Both the position numbers and the translations under genes were made by a program. From Trichoplax sp. H2 (taxonomy: Eukaryota), in contig NOWV01000208.1 of assembly GCA_003344405.1 (NCBI GenBank), positions 62,001 to 126,000 of the forward strand: a stretch of DNA of 64,000 bases, given 5' to 3'. The notes under the pieces were generated by a model, which was given only the letters and a program-made list of their open reading frames with translations, ran no database searches and had not been told where the DNA came from. Below are positions 12,419-25,879 of the stretch, piece after piece. Numbering within the stretch: position 1 is the first letter of the stretch; every line of letters starts with the position of its first letter.

Positions 12419-14826
12419 ATTGCATCGTGAAATGGAATGTGAATTGACAAGATCGTCAAATAATATTTCTCTGCATCATTTCAGTTTCGTTTCAGAGATA
12501 AGAATGATAGTGATACATTAATTGAAGAAAATAATTAATGATTTGATCATCAACTAAGAAATGTTCAATGACAATATGATATAGCCATATAGAATGTCAG
12601 ATATGAGTCATATTCTATTTTAACATCAAGAATGGTGATCAAGTAAGTCGTTATAAGAGATAAAACACAAATGTTTCCACTTGCAATAACAATATTACGT
12701 CACGCAATTAGGTCTATCTTCAGTATTTAATCGATAAATTTGAGTGAAACTAATTACTCGAATTAATATTTAGACGATCATGTTGATAAACACCTTGCAG
12801 CTTATCCAAGAAAAGATTTGATATACCACCAAAAAAAGGTTAGAAGCGATGGTTTAGAAATGTTTGAATTTGATTATGTGCAATTATTTTAGCAACAAAG
12901 CTTCAATAACCTGATTTACATAGTACTGCATAATTTAGAATATCTTGGAAATTGTTTGATATATACGTAATTAATATCAGCAATTGACGTCATGCAGGAT
13001 TAAAGTGTTTATTAATTAAGAAATGCCAGCCTTTCTTTAGAGTTTATAAATGCTACTAAACACCGATCATGTTCTAGCAAAGTTGATTAGGAAAAGTGTC
13101 ATTATTTACTTATGTTACGTATCGTGAGATTCAAAGTCCGTAATAATAGCTAGAAATTATGAAAGATTAATAAAAAATTAAAATTTTTCAATGCTATTTG
13201 AAGAAATGGCCCTAGATTATAAAGTAGACAAAAGATATAATCTAATCAAATTGATACAAGATTCCATAAAAGAAAAATCATGCATGCTTACTATGTGACT
13301 AATAGAAGCGGCTAAAAGAATAGATCTTTCAGAATAGCTTATTTAATTAATATATAACATAACAAATGTAATCTAGAGAACAGCAGGAGAGTTATTTATA
13401 AAGTGATGGTCTAATCCAAATAGCTTTACTTCTATAATATTTTACTCCAATATTAAAAATATTAACTGCATGGTCTTTTCAGCACGAATTAGCCTCTGAA
13501 TGTTTCGAAATCCATATTTGAAAAGCGCCACAGACTTACTAACACGTAATGTGTAATGGATTTGAAGTAATAGCAATTTACTGAAGTCTATCTTGGAGTC
13601 ATTCAGATGATATTTATAGCTGTTGCTTTATTAATATCAAAACGAAATCTTGGCTCATCAAATGGTATCGAAATGTGAAAGAGACTTTATTTGTAATGAT
13701 GACAGAAATTCATAAAGTAATTTTAAGATCACGAGTCATATATGAAGTTACTTTAAATTGCAGTAGCGGTAGGCTCGTGCTAATAGTAGCCAATAACGTA
13801 AACAGAAATTTACCGCATAGTGCACTCTTTAGCTCTATTTTTCGCGAATTTACTTTTGTAATCTTAAGCAAATTATTTATAGGCAACTAATAAAATCATA
13901 TCTATAATGTGGAGTAAACAATGCTACTCTAATTTACTGATCATTATGAATTACTTGCTTAGATTTTAGCCGTAAATTAGTTCAATTTATCGACCGTTAC
14001 AAATGTCTAAAAAATCGGCATTTAAATATCTAACATTTTGAACAAAATTAAGCATATGGTAACATTTGATGTTTGTATGAAGATAGAAACACTAATATTT
14101 ATGATATCCCAGGTATTAGTGTGGATGCCAAATTTTTTCTTTCACATATATTTATGGAATAGATTAAAAATAAAGAGATCTGAAGTATAATTCACTCTTT
14201 AGATGTATTTGTGCATAAATATATAACAGGATTGAAGATTATCCTTAGGGTTTTAAGATCTTAAAACAATATTCAAAGTATCAATTTCACTAACAATAAC
14301 AGTAGGACTTGGTAATCAAGAAATACTCGAGCAAATAAAAATCTCATACTGTTATTATAAAAAGATAAATCATTAAATCTAGATCGTATACCCGTATTTA
14401 TAAATTAATCTAAGTGTTACCTTGTCAATAAATATATCAGTAACGTACTACGAATACACTATTTATTTATTTTTATGCAGTATAAATGTTTGGCTATTCT
14501 ATCAACAGTTTCTAAGGAAAGGCCAGAACACAATCCATATCCTATAAAATAAGTTAATTTCGGTTTTGAATGTGGTCTAGATTTTATCTCAGTTCAAATA
14601 GCGTCGTGATGTCAATAGCTGTGACTAATTAATTCATATATTTTAGCTAGATTTTTAATATTATAAGACTTAGCCGCAGAAATTGCTTTATATTCAAGTT
14701 AGATATATAAGCTAGTGAAAGATGTTAAAATACTTAAGGTTTTCAATCTGGCAAAGTAAATGTAAGATATGAAGGTATTAGCTAGGAAACGATGACTTAA
14801 GTTCTATAATAGACAATGAGACTCTT

Positions 14827-15389
14827 TCTGATATATATCGATCGCGAAATTCCAAATTTTTAGAAAAACAAGGGCTTTATTGAATCTTATACAAAGATTA
14901 ACTACACACAGCTCTACTCTAACCTAATACTACTTCTAAAGACTTTTAGAACGAACTAATAGAATAATCTAAAGTTGCATGCTATTATACTTTTCGTAGC
15001 ATTAACAGCTACAATCCGCATGACAACCTTTTACCTTAAATTACACATAGTTAAACTATTCTTAGTAACTTTACTCTACTGCGGACCATCATTAATCCGA
15101 TATGGATACGACTACAATATTTACGTAGACATTATTCATATAAGCCAAAGTACAATGAATTAACCATATCCTAATATATGATTTACAGTTCAATTTTTAC
15201 CTATTGCCTTATTAGTAACTCAATACCTTACTGTATGTAGTGACCTGTACTCTAGCATAGAGTCCATACCACTACAGTCTATAGTTATAGCTACCAAATA
15301 TCTCTCAGGATAAGTATAGAAGTTACGCTACCGTACATTATACTAAACATAGCTAACAGTCTACAATCACAATACTAAGTTAAATTACA
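14827..15389 (-). mobile_element. Solo-LTR family A, 563 bp, perfect TSD CTCTT
   Basis: CTCTT|TCTGATA(mutated TGTGATA)...ATTACA|CTCTT; closely similar to 30653-31203. Confidence 0.88.
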
Positions 15390-16058
15390 CTCTTAAACAA
15401 TGTTCTGATTTTAATACGATAGAAGCAAGATTTATCAGAAACTAAGTCAAATCTGAATATACTACATTACAGACGGTAGCTAACAATCTTTAAAGTACAA
15501 CGTTATAGTTTTTATCGAAATTGAGATAGAATTTCATCATAAGATATTAAAACCTACTAGAAGCATCATGTACAGATATGTTGCTGTCATCAGGTAAATT
15601 GAAATGAAAGGAAAGGCCAAATTAGTCTTTTAGTATAATACAAAGTAAAAGTCTATAGTATAACCATTAATAAATAATAAAAATGATTCCCAATCTTATC
15701 GTAGTAACAGCTATAAATCGGTATATTACAATTAGTATTTAATGTATTGTTAATGTCTGCTTGCGCCGATGATTAATATTAAAGCGAAATTTATCGATAA
15801 TGTACTGTACTTATGTCGCCCCAATACTCGGTATTAATTGAATATCCTCTCGGAAGTAAGAGCAAAATTTAAAAATAGATAAGTGAGATCATTCTCTTAT
15901 AATTAGTGAAGTAGATGATGCTGAATTAGAACAGTGGTGAAATGTTTAAATTTTTAGAACTGCACATATAATACTTGAAATATTAAAAAAGTCAGAAAAA
16001 ATTAAGACTAGCATGTAAGTAAATGGTTAGAGATCACAATACTAGAAATATACTAATG

Positions 16059-17035
16059 CTAGTGTCTTGCTGGTTGAACTAGAACATGATTTGAAGATGA
16101 TAGGCTTCGTCTACGGTAATGTGTTATTCGAAGAATATTAAATTTTGGCAGTGCAATCCTTAATGATTCGCTGTAGTAAATGTACACAATAGGATGTTGC
16201 ACGGCGGAAACTGTACTTAAAACCAATCCTAAACGTATAATAAATTGCGAGACAGACTCAACGGAATTAATATATCCTACCAATGACAATCCACTAAATG
16301 ATGATGCTATGAAGACAATAATATATGGCAAAGAAGATAACATATACAATATAGTTACCGTAACCATCATTTTAATTATTCTACTCGTGTAATTACGATT
16401 AGCGCAGAAGGCTTGACTTGCTTCTGTTGCACTGGCTGTTTTAGCTTGTATATATCGCACTATTTTTATATATGCAATGACCATGATAATTACAGGCATA
16501 ACATAGTTTAATATATAATATACCATCATAAATGGAACATTATAATTTGGACCGAAATTTCGAGTATCGCAAGTAAATGAGCCGTCTTGTGGTACATAGA
16601 GAAAAGGAATGATAGGTATGCCAACACTTAAAGAGTATAGCCAGCATGTTAATATAATTAATTTAATCTTCAACTGTTGTCGCGNNNNNNNNNNNNNNNN
16701 NNNNNNNNNNNACAGTTGATCATCAAAACACCTTACTAACAAACATCATAACACATCAATTTCCATCAATAACAAACACCATAACACTTCAATTACTATC
16801 TATAACAAACACCATAACACTTCTAACTCATCACGGCAAAAAGGTACCGTGACACGGTCATAAATGAATAAATAATCACTCCTACTAACGCAAGCGTATC
16901 GGATATTGCCATATTACATATGAATATATATGTAGGAACATGAAGACTAGAACGACGAATAATCGTGTAACAAATGATGCTGTTAAGTACGATACCGACA
17001 AAGCAGAGAAAGAGAGTAAAAGGTAGAGCAGCCAA
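16059..17035 (-). CDS. Class A GPCR interrupted by an LTR-like insertion and an assembly gap (TM3/ICL2 not seen; start codon not identified)
   Basis: 17035-16855 encodes TM1-TM2 (CNMAISD); 16684-16059 encodes TM4-TM7 (HPIVY) and the C-tail without stops. The frame stays open upstream to about 17167 with NFS/NLT/NGS sites but no ATG. Confidence 0.8.
16712..16854 (-). mobile_element. 5' end of an LTR-like element inserted in the GPCR coding sequence
   Basis: Minus strand reads TGTCACGGTACCTTTTTGCCG, similar to TGTTACGGTACTGCTTTGCCG at the 46663 terminus; GPCR homology stops exactly there; contains about three 30-33 bp subrepeats. Confidence 0.7.
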
Positions 17036-18959
17036 TGTGATTGTGCTAGAGCCATTGGAATTTTTCGTAGTTAGATTTCTATCGACGGGAATTTTGCTAA
17101 AGTTTAGATATATTATAGCAGAGTTAACGTCCTTATCGTATATGTGAGGGTTTATCTCTTCAAAATTTCAGTAACTTTAAGTTTTGCGTATTTTAGATAG
17201 CCTAAGTAGAACGAATCTATATGTAAATAGACACGATGAAATTACTTAATACACGTATGGATTAACTATTCTCACAGGCCTTCTAGAATCTACAATGAGT
17301 TTGCAAAAGATAATATTAACATAGATCGCATTGAAAGTTGATTACTAAAATAATTGGTTTGTTCATTATTATATTTAATAGGTGACACTTTATCATATTT
17401 CAATTACAATGACTTCCAGGCGTAACAATCGGCAACAAATGCATGCATTTATAATTAAATGTTAAAGATGTTATGTCGTGATGCACCCATATTTGATTAT
17501 AAGGATATCTATATTTGATGTAGTTAGGTTACTCTGAATAGATATTATCGTGAAACTAATATTAGATGATCGCTAATGACCATATTAGAAATTGTTGATG
17601 ACTGATATTAGCCAGTTGAATAATTACGGAATAAGATTTGTATGGCTAAAAACACTGTAGTTGTTAAGATGCCCTTCAGAGAAAGGGGCTAGACGTTAAT
17701 AGAAGAGTGATGACATCTTAAGCAGAATAATTTAGATTGCAGAAGATAATGATGTACTATTTGAGAAAAGTATTTTGTTTGATGACTCATGTCTGATTGT
17801 AGATTAATCAAGTTGTCATAAATGGATTTAGCGAAATGTATATAAAGGATGTAGAGATGAGCTTACGAGAGAGAAGAGACTTCAGTTCGCTTTGAACCCG
17901 GAATACTTTAGATTTTAGGCTATATTCTTTTAGTAATTAATTATGGCTCTACTATTCCTAAAACCTAGTAATAAAAACCTTTTAGAAAATACTATTCGAC
18001 TAAGATGGTTAATTTGAGACTCTTTCATTACATGGTAGCGAAAATCACTTTTACGACTTCCATTTTAATATATTCGACAGTCTTATTCATGATGCCTTTG
18101 ATATCAATAAATTCTTTAATAGAAGAATGGGCTATCAACAATCCAAAGTTGATTAAAAACAAAGTCTAGAATTGGTAAATTTAGACTGCAGATATTTTTA
18201 AATCTGTTGAAATTGAGATAGATAGCATTATAGTCTAGGTTAGTTAATGAATTAATGCCTTTTGCCTCAATTTTATACAGCCTCCAGGATATGCTATACC
18301 AATAGTATAAAAAATTAAGAATGTTACTTACTTTGATTAATATATACGGAAACTAATCTACTTTGCTCTTAATACTGATATATCAGTAGGATATACAGTT
18401 AATAGAATGAAATTCTTCCCTCTAACAGTAACAGTATTTGCTTTCGATGCTTCGAATACGAGCTGGATTATCTTAATTAGTTCCTAAGTAATGCTACGAA
18501 TACAAAGTACAACATCGGCGCGTAGCGCAATAATTCATTGTAAAATCCAACTCAAGCTGCACAAAGGAATTGAAGCGGTGTTTGATAATAAAAGGGTCAA
18601 AGTTAAAAAGAAAATTGATTCTGGGTTGCTAATCTTATTATTAAATGGAAACGAGGCATGCAAAAAAATTAAATATGGAATAAAGTGGTTTGTAGGCTTA
18701 TAAATAGTACAATGATATTTGCTTCAATGAGGCTCTTAAACAAAAATTGCATATTCTATTTATTAATAAGCCCCACGCTATATTACGGTCATTAAAATTG
18801 CAAAGCTTTTGGGATATTGTCGAGTGCAATTTTTTTCTAAGACATAAAGTGCGATTTACGATGTTCTTAGAAGATATAAGCGCTAAATGTTATATTCAAT
18901 ATTTTGAATAAACTCTTTAGAAGAAGTCGAAATTACCCTGTTTTACGCCATTGCATTAT

Positions 18960-19398
18960 TGTTACGAAGTGTAGCTCCGTAAATTATAAATTAGGCAATA
19001 ATAATTAATTAACCCGGTTGTTTACCATTTTGGTAGACAACCATAAGCTCATACTAAATCATGTTAATTGTCTGGGAGTAACTCCCTATAGTAACTTATA
19101 CAATTTGTGGAAGGAGCAATTTACTAGTATGCCCCACAAATGAGTGGGATGGTATAAAAGGCCGAGCGAATTGCCATTCGCTAGCAGTAGTCGCTCCGGG
19201 CTAGGGCGAACTAGTAGAGACTAGAAACCAGATGACTGGTGAATAAAAAGTGCTAGTGGTTTGAAAGAAACCTGAGTAGTTGTGTAACTGTGAGGAAAGA
19301 GTTCGTTTTTCCCTAGAAGAAGATTTCCAAGTTAGAGGAAGACATACACGATTATTATAGCGCCTGACATAAATAAATCACAAGTGGGATTTGTGACA
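18960..19398 (+). mobile_element. Solo LTR, 439 bp, perfect TSD ATTAT
   Basis: ATTAT|TGTTACGAAG...GATTTGTGACA|ATTAT; TATAAAA near 19153 and AATAAA near 19242. Confidence 0.9.
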
Positions 19399-19844
19399 AT
19401 TATACAGCAAACACTATACTTATTTTTGAGAACGCTAGCTAAAAGTAAAAGTAGCCTGTTGGTTGTTTGTAAATACGGTGCAATCTTATAATTGAATATT
19501 TACAGTTTTAAAGTCAGCATAATATTTATCAATTTTGTTTTAAAATGGTTAGTGAATGATGTAGAGACAATGCTGTATAAATCAATAAGAACAATTCAAA
19601 TATTTGTTGATTCCGGATAAATTTATTATTATAACTAGACCTCCGCTCGTGTATTCAAAATTACCTTAAGATGTAAAGAGAGGAGAATATGTAGTCTTTG
19701 ATGATTTAGCAAACTCTATAACCATTGTGGTATAAAACTGATCAATAAGGTAAATGAAGAGTATGCAAAAAGATTCATCATTGCTATAATTTCTGGCTTG
19801 CAATTCTATTATCTAGCATTACAATTTTTAATCGTAATTAGAAC

Positions 19845-20866
19845 ATGCTTGGTCGTAGAGCTGACCTAGCTCCCCAAACCAAGATTGTAGTACTGAAAGA
19901 CGAAGGCTGTAGCAATAGTCAAATTAGTCAGAGATTAGATTTTACAGCCGTAGTACGTACCATTTTTAACATTTTGAACAAATCGAAATAAAGAAGCTAT
20001 CTCTATTACCTAAAAAGTGTTGGAGGACCAAAGTCAACTACACTAAAGGAAGATGATTTGATCATAATTCAGCCTAACGTCGATCGCTTCAAAACAGCAC
20101 CACAAATTTCTGTAGCATTACGAGAAGAATACGGTTTAAATGTATCTGTAACCACAAATTCGAGACGCTTGCGAAAGGTTGGCTTATATGGACGTAGGCC
20201 ATGATCTAAGCGTCATCTTACGCCAATTCGTCATATAGATCGTATTAAGTTCGCAAAAAAGCATCAAAATTGAACTGAAGAACAGTAGGCGAAAGTACTA
20301 TTCAGTGATGAATCAAAATTTTCCTCTTTTAAGTCAGACGTACGTTGATACGTTCGGAAAATGCAAGGAGAAGAATTTAACGAAAATTGTATAGCTCGTA
20401 CGGTGAAGTCTACTAAAAGAGAAATCACGGTCTGGGTTATTTCTGTCATTAAGATCTTGGACTACTCCATAGAACCGATCGTAGTATAAATGCCAAGGGA
20501 TATACAACATTCTTAGAAAGCTACAATTCCAAGGAAAGATTCATTCGCGCTTCGTAAGGGTTCGATTTTTTAACAAGACAACTGCGCTCCACATGTAGCA
20601 AGATTAACGAAAGACTGGTTTCAGGAAAATGAAGTTAATATTATGAAATAGCCATTGCAGTCTCCTGATTTAAATTCTACTGAAAATATATAGGACTTTA
20701 TGAACAGAAGAGTTCATAAGTAAAATCCGCGTATCATGAATGATTTATGGGAGAAAGTTCAAAAGAATGGTATGTTATCAAAACATTGTTTTTAGAATAA
20801 CTCGTTGCCAGCATGCCTAATCGTTGTGCAAGTGTTCTTTATGTCTATGGTAGCAACACCAAATAC
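19845..20866 (+). mobile_element. Decayed Tc1-family (DD34E) transposase pseudogene
   Basis: Manual translation gives RRLRKVGLYGRRP, VLFSDESKF (about 20295-20321), QDN (D at 20577), SPDLNSTEN (E at 20682, 34 residues after D) and C-terminal SMPNRC...NTKY; many stops and frameshifts; TIRs not identified. Confidence 0.92.
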
Positions 20867-21255
20867 AGATTTGTATGTTTAGTTTTAGTATAGATCTTTG
20901 CAGAGACCTTGCCGCGAATAAATAGTGAATCCTAGTTCTAATGTAAATAGAAATTTAAAGTATTAATTGACTATTACGTATTTATTTTAGATTTCCTTAA
21001 AATCCAGTAAGATAACTGATTAAAAAAATATTTGAGAAATTGGGCATAGTTTATATCTGTACTTTGAGAAACTACTAGAGTTACACTTTTGTAATACTTT
21101 CCTATTTACACAATGCCAATTAATTCGCTATAACTTTAAAAAGCCTCATAAATAGACAGTTGGACATAGAATGCATCAAAAATTCTAATAGCACAAAATT
21201 ATTATCGCTACAGTATCTTGTTTACATAAACTTCAGAATATCTATTAACTGATTT

Positions 21256-21592
21256 AGTGTACGGGTTGTTAGCCTAAGTAATCTGTCAACTCAAAATTCT
21301 GAGTTGTTTAAATCGAGCAAATCCCTGATGTGACACAAAATAGTCTGTTTACTCACAGCACCAAATTATGTAGTGTACGAGTTGTTAGCCTTAGCTTCGT
21401 AATCAGTCAACTCAAAATTCTTAGTTTTTAAAATCGAGCAAATCCCTAATGTAACACAAAATAGTTAACACCGTATAATTGACTTGTTAAAGTTAAGTTT
21501 ATTAACGTCCGTGTGTCGTCCGTCGGAGAAGAATTCCAATTTCTTCCCATCATAATAATAGTCGAAAATAGCTAAGATAAACCGGATAATCA
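21256..21592. repeat. Dispersed repeat with an internal ~115-bp tandem duplication; related to 63295-63695
   Basis: GTCAACTCAAAATTCT...AAATCGAGCAAATCCCT occurs twice; TAAGATAAACCGGATAATC is shared with about 63674. Confidence 0.7.
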
Positions 21593-24500
21593 CGATAACA
21601 ATTCTATACAACTTATATAAATTATCATCAATTGTTCCTCTACATAGGAGTTATCAATCACATTAGTGCATTGCGTATAAACTACGCCTTCTCATGGATT
21701 AAAAGTGCGCATTAGAGTAGAAATTAGATATTTAGTTTAATTGTAATAACCTAAATTAATAGATCTGATTGCTTCGTAGAGAAAAAATACACAATGGAAG
21801 ATCGATGTCTATAAGTTTAATTCCTACTTTATATTGACCGAGAGAGATAAAAATTATTATAGTTATTCAAAAGTATAGGAGTATCTCCTACTATCGCAGT
21901 ATGCAGTATACATTATTAATTCGTATAGCGTTTAGTTTCTACAATGTATACGAGATAAATTTAAGAATCGCCCAAAGTAGCTATTTTTAACGACTCCTTA
22001 ATAAATTTAAGGTATGCTTGTAGTTCACCTGAGCTTATCATTTATTTACTATATATTTTAGTTTGTACTAACTGAAATAGATGTTTCCTTAATTTTTCTT
22101 GCAAAAAAACGCTTGACTAATAATGCTAGCTTAATTTTTTCAGTTTTTCAACGTTAAGTAGAGTCAGTAAAATGCTTAATAGAGGTCTATAGTTTATCAC
22201 GATAAAAATTTAAGATACCATTACTCAATTAATCTCGGAGTATTTAGACACGCATTTGCCAGAGATTGCCAATTAATGTTTAAAATACTTCCGAATCGAA
22301 ATCTGTTGGGCAACTCGGAAGAAATAATAAAATCGCATATGATGCATAAAAAAGATAAAAATGCTTTTTAAAATCTCTCCATTAATCCTACCTTGGATAA
22401 TTTTACCACAAATGGTGCTGATGGCATTGATCTTATAACTCTATTAAATTGAGTTTAATTACCCTCCTAAGCGTATGTCATCTTAGTAACACTGTTTATT
22501 ATTTTCCGATAACTATGCGTTAAGCAATCCTTCAAAAAAATTACCTTCCTGCAACTTCAATATTACTGGTCCATGGATCACAATGTTTATGATTTGGGCT
22601 AAATATTAATCGAAAAATGTGAATAGAATAGATTGCTAATGACGTTAATCGAAGATGTAAACAAGAAGTTTATAGTTTTTACTTCTCGATAAACATTAAT
22701 ATTTAATGAACTCAGGTAACAAGCATTTTAACTTCCTATCCTATGAATAACTGATATATCTAGCATTTATGTTTTCATTTGTTTAAACTTTTTCTTTTCT
22801 CATAATTTCATACTTACGGAGGCCGTAATTGCAATCAGTATACTGAAAGTATTATCTTTCCAATATAGATTCAAACATTTTGTCTTAAAGATTTTTAGCA
22901 GCCGAAATTGAGCGGTATATTTGTAATCAATTTCAGAACAGATTCCATTAAGAAAGAGCTATGCTAATATGCATTTCTACTTCATCAATTTAAAACTGCA
23001 ATCAATATATTCAAAGAAGTAAACAGGATGCGCTATTTGTTTTATGCTTTAAACCGTGTCGATAATTGAATTATTAATGTAACAAATACATACTACGCCA
23101 TTCGAAAAAGCTAACAAACAAGTTAAATAATTTCTTTTTAAAAGAAAGAGCCAATAACTAGCTTTGATACTTTTTCTTTACGGCATCATATTGCTTATAT
23201 AATTTTACTATCATCAGAATGATAACCCTTATTATTTAATCAATTTATTCCTAGATTTTATTATTAAAAGTAACTCTTTATTCTTGGAACTCATAGATGC
23301 TAAGGTCTGCTGTTTAATCAGATATAAAATATTAAAAATAGGAAATTTAGTAACATATAAGGGAATGTAAAGTATAGCTCATAATAAAAATAATGAATAT
23401 CAATAATAATATTGATGTATGATAAGTTAAAAGTATTTACTAACGTATTATAGGCTAATAAGAATAGTTAAAGTATTGTTGATACAAACGATAATCCTTA
23501 ATTTTTTATTTCGGCTAGACTATACTAGCTATGCCCTACTATTAACTCATTTCTTAGACTTTCATATGTATAAGTCTGATGTACTTTTGAGAGCAATTAT
23601 TATTTACATTATCTACTGAATTGCTAAGCGAAAGATCATACCTTGATAATACAGTTATAGAAAGAAAGAAAATTAAAGCCGCTAGACTATCTGCAACAGT
23701 ATCGACTACTAATTGATATAATTCGAGTTTTAATTAATATCAAAATCTAACTTTGCTATTAAAAGGGAAGTTGGCCCATTTGGTATTTAAACGCGAAGTA
23801 TATCATAAAAGTTATGAATTAAACTACTCTTTTAAATTGAAGTATCAAGTGAGCTATATGTTCATTCGGCTTTTTCGGACTGTTTAACATTGGAAGAAAT
23901 ACTACATTAAAAATGAAACAGTCGTACTATATTCTAAGCTGAATATGTAATTCAGTACTAGTTATCCCATTCATTTAAATGTTATAGTTCGATACAATAA
24001 TCCGACCGTCAATGAATAGTAAAATTTATTTGAATGCAAATCGTATTTTTTAGATTATATCTCAAAAAAAATGAACGTGTTTTCATATAAATAGTGCAAC
24101 TTTACTTCTAAATTTAAACAGTGCGTACTATAATTAAATTAAAGCAATTTTCGTATTTAGTGATGGCATAAAGTACGTTTAAAATATTAACATAATTAAT
24201 TTTGGTTTCATCATTTGAAAGAAATGTTAGCTTTAAATAAATAGCATAATCTCATATAATAATAGACAGTTTTCTAGAATTTCTTATATGACTTAGCTAT
24301 TCGACGATGATAATTAAGCTACGAGTATGTTAATTTCTCTACTTTCCAATTTGAAAATCGTCAAGCGTCACGATCTCGTGGCTGATTATTTAATTAAATA
24401 AATTAAATATGAACGCTTAGATGCTTGTCAAAAAACGGATATGTAGACAAAGCGCAAGGAATAGATATTTAATTTCGGAAAGTAATGTGGTGCAATTGCT

Positions 24501-24739
24501 AGGTAAAAATTATGTAAATTTATTGAAGTGAAATGAATTTGTTTTAGCTGTGAATTAGAGCAAGAAACCTTAGAAGTAACCAAATTTGGTTAAGGTGCAT
24601 TGCACAATTTCTTCTTGTATTTGTTTGAACTTAGTATTACAACTGATTTAAGGCCATGCATGCAACTTAAAGTAACTTAAAAAAAAGGTGTAATGTGTTC
24701 ATAATGCCATTGAAGCCATATAATACCATCATCTTGATC

Positions 24740-25879
24740 TCATTTTACATTGATGGGTTTCATTTCAGTTTGTCCTACCTCTGCAACTTTCAAGATCTTG
24801 TGAGACTTAGGATACTTACGATTGTTATTAATATCTACTTTTGCTGTTAGTCGATTATACAATCGACGTATTTGTGATGATAATGCATTACGAATGGCTT
24901 TATTATAATAAAGATAAATTAGCGGATTTTGACAACAGGCTAATGGCAAAATTATGTAAGCAATTTGAGCTACGCTAGTTTGCATATCATTTAAATGAAT
25001 GATATAATCCACCAAATTTAAACCACTGAAAGCTATCATAATATACGCGATAAATATAGGTAGACTGGTTATCATGTACCCTGCAGTAACCAATATCAAC
25101 ATCTTGATAGTATCACAATGCATCTTTCTTTTATGCTTAAATATGCGTTGAAATGATGGCTGGTTTCTTTGAGCTGCATTATTCTGATTCAAGTATCGAA
25201 TAATTCTACTATACATTGCAATGATGATAATATTAGGAACTATAAAGACTAAAATGAATAGACTTATAAAGTAAGGAATATTAAATGTTGGCGTGATATA
25301 ATTAATGCTACAAATCCACGGATTTTGAGGCACAATACTGACTAAAGTAAGATAAGGAATTGCAATTACTATTCCCGCTATCCAAGTAAAGGCAATTGCT
25401 GCCTTTAGTTTAAACGTATTATTAAAGAAAGAACTTTTCTGCATTGATAAAGGTGATATTTTGGAATGTCTTTCCAAGCTTATAGCTACTAGAGTAACTG
25501 TTGATGAAATATAGGCTATTGCGTTTACAAAATAGGTAATTTTACAAGTAAATACAAGAAATGAAGAGAATGCAATATAACAAGCTAAGTAGTAATGAAT
25601 TGTATTAATTAGCGCCGTCATAATGACAGTCAGACAATCTGAGATAGCCATATTGATCATCAAGTAACAAGTTGGTGTATGAAGTTCCTTTTTTTTGACG
25701 ATAGCATAGCAAATTAGAGAATTTGCTATTGTACCAAGAACAGCTATTATAATGGAAATGGGTAGTATAATTTGTAGCGCTCGATATTTTCTTAAGGCAA
25801 ACTGGTTAGTTGTTGAGTTTTCAGTTTGATTAAAATGGTTGGATATTGTTCTTAAAGTTCGATGAATCGTCGTTAACAT
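24740..25879 (-). CDS. Intronless class A GPCR, 379 aa
   Basis: 7TM; INMAISD; CK; SLERH; ECL2 PWIC; NPLIY. Confidence 0.94.
   Translation of the reverse strand: MLTTIHRTLRTISNHFNQTENSTTNQFALRKYRALQIILPISIIIAVLGTIANSLICYAIVKKKELHTPTCYLMINMAISDCLTVIMTALINTIHYYLACYIAFSSFLVFTCKITYFVNAIAYISSTVTLVAISLERHSKISPLSMQKSSFFNNTFKLKAAIAFTWIAGIVIAIPYLTLVSIVPQNPWICSINYITPTFNIPYFISLFILVFIVPNIIIIAMYSRIIRYLNQNNAAQRNQPSFQRIFKHKRKMHCDTIKMLILVTAGYMITSLPIFIAYIMIAFSGLNLVDYIIHLNDMQTSVAQIAYIILPLACCQNPLIYLYYNKAIRNALSSQIRRLYNRLTAKVDINNNRKYPKSHKILKVAEVGQTEMKPINVK

Noticed and set aside
16685..16742. N-terminus MLVRCFDDQL of the 227-aa ORF
   Set aside because: Reads through an N-gap into inserted repeat sequence; not a real start.
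20264..20449. Minus-strand 61-aa ORF
   Set aside because: Antisense to the Tc1 transposase relic.
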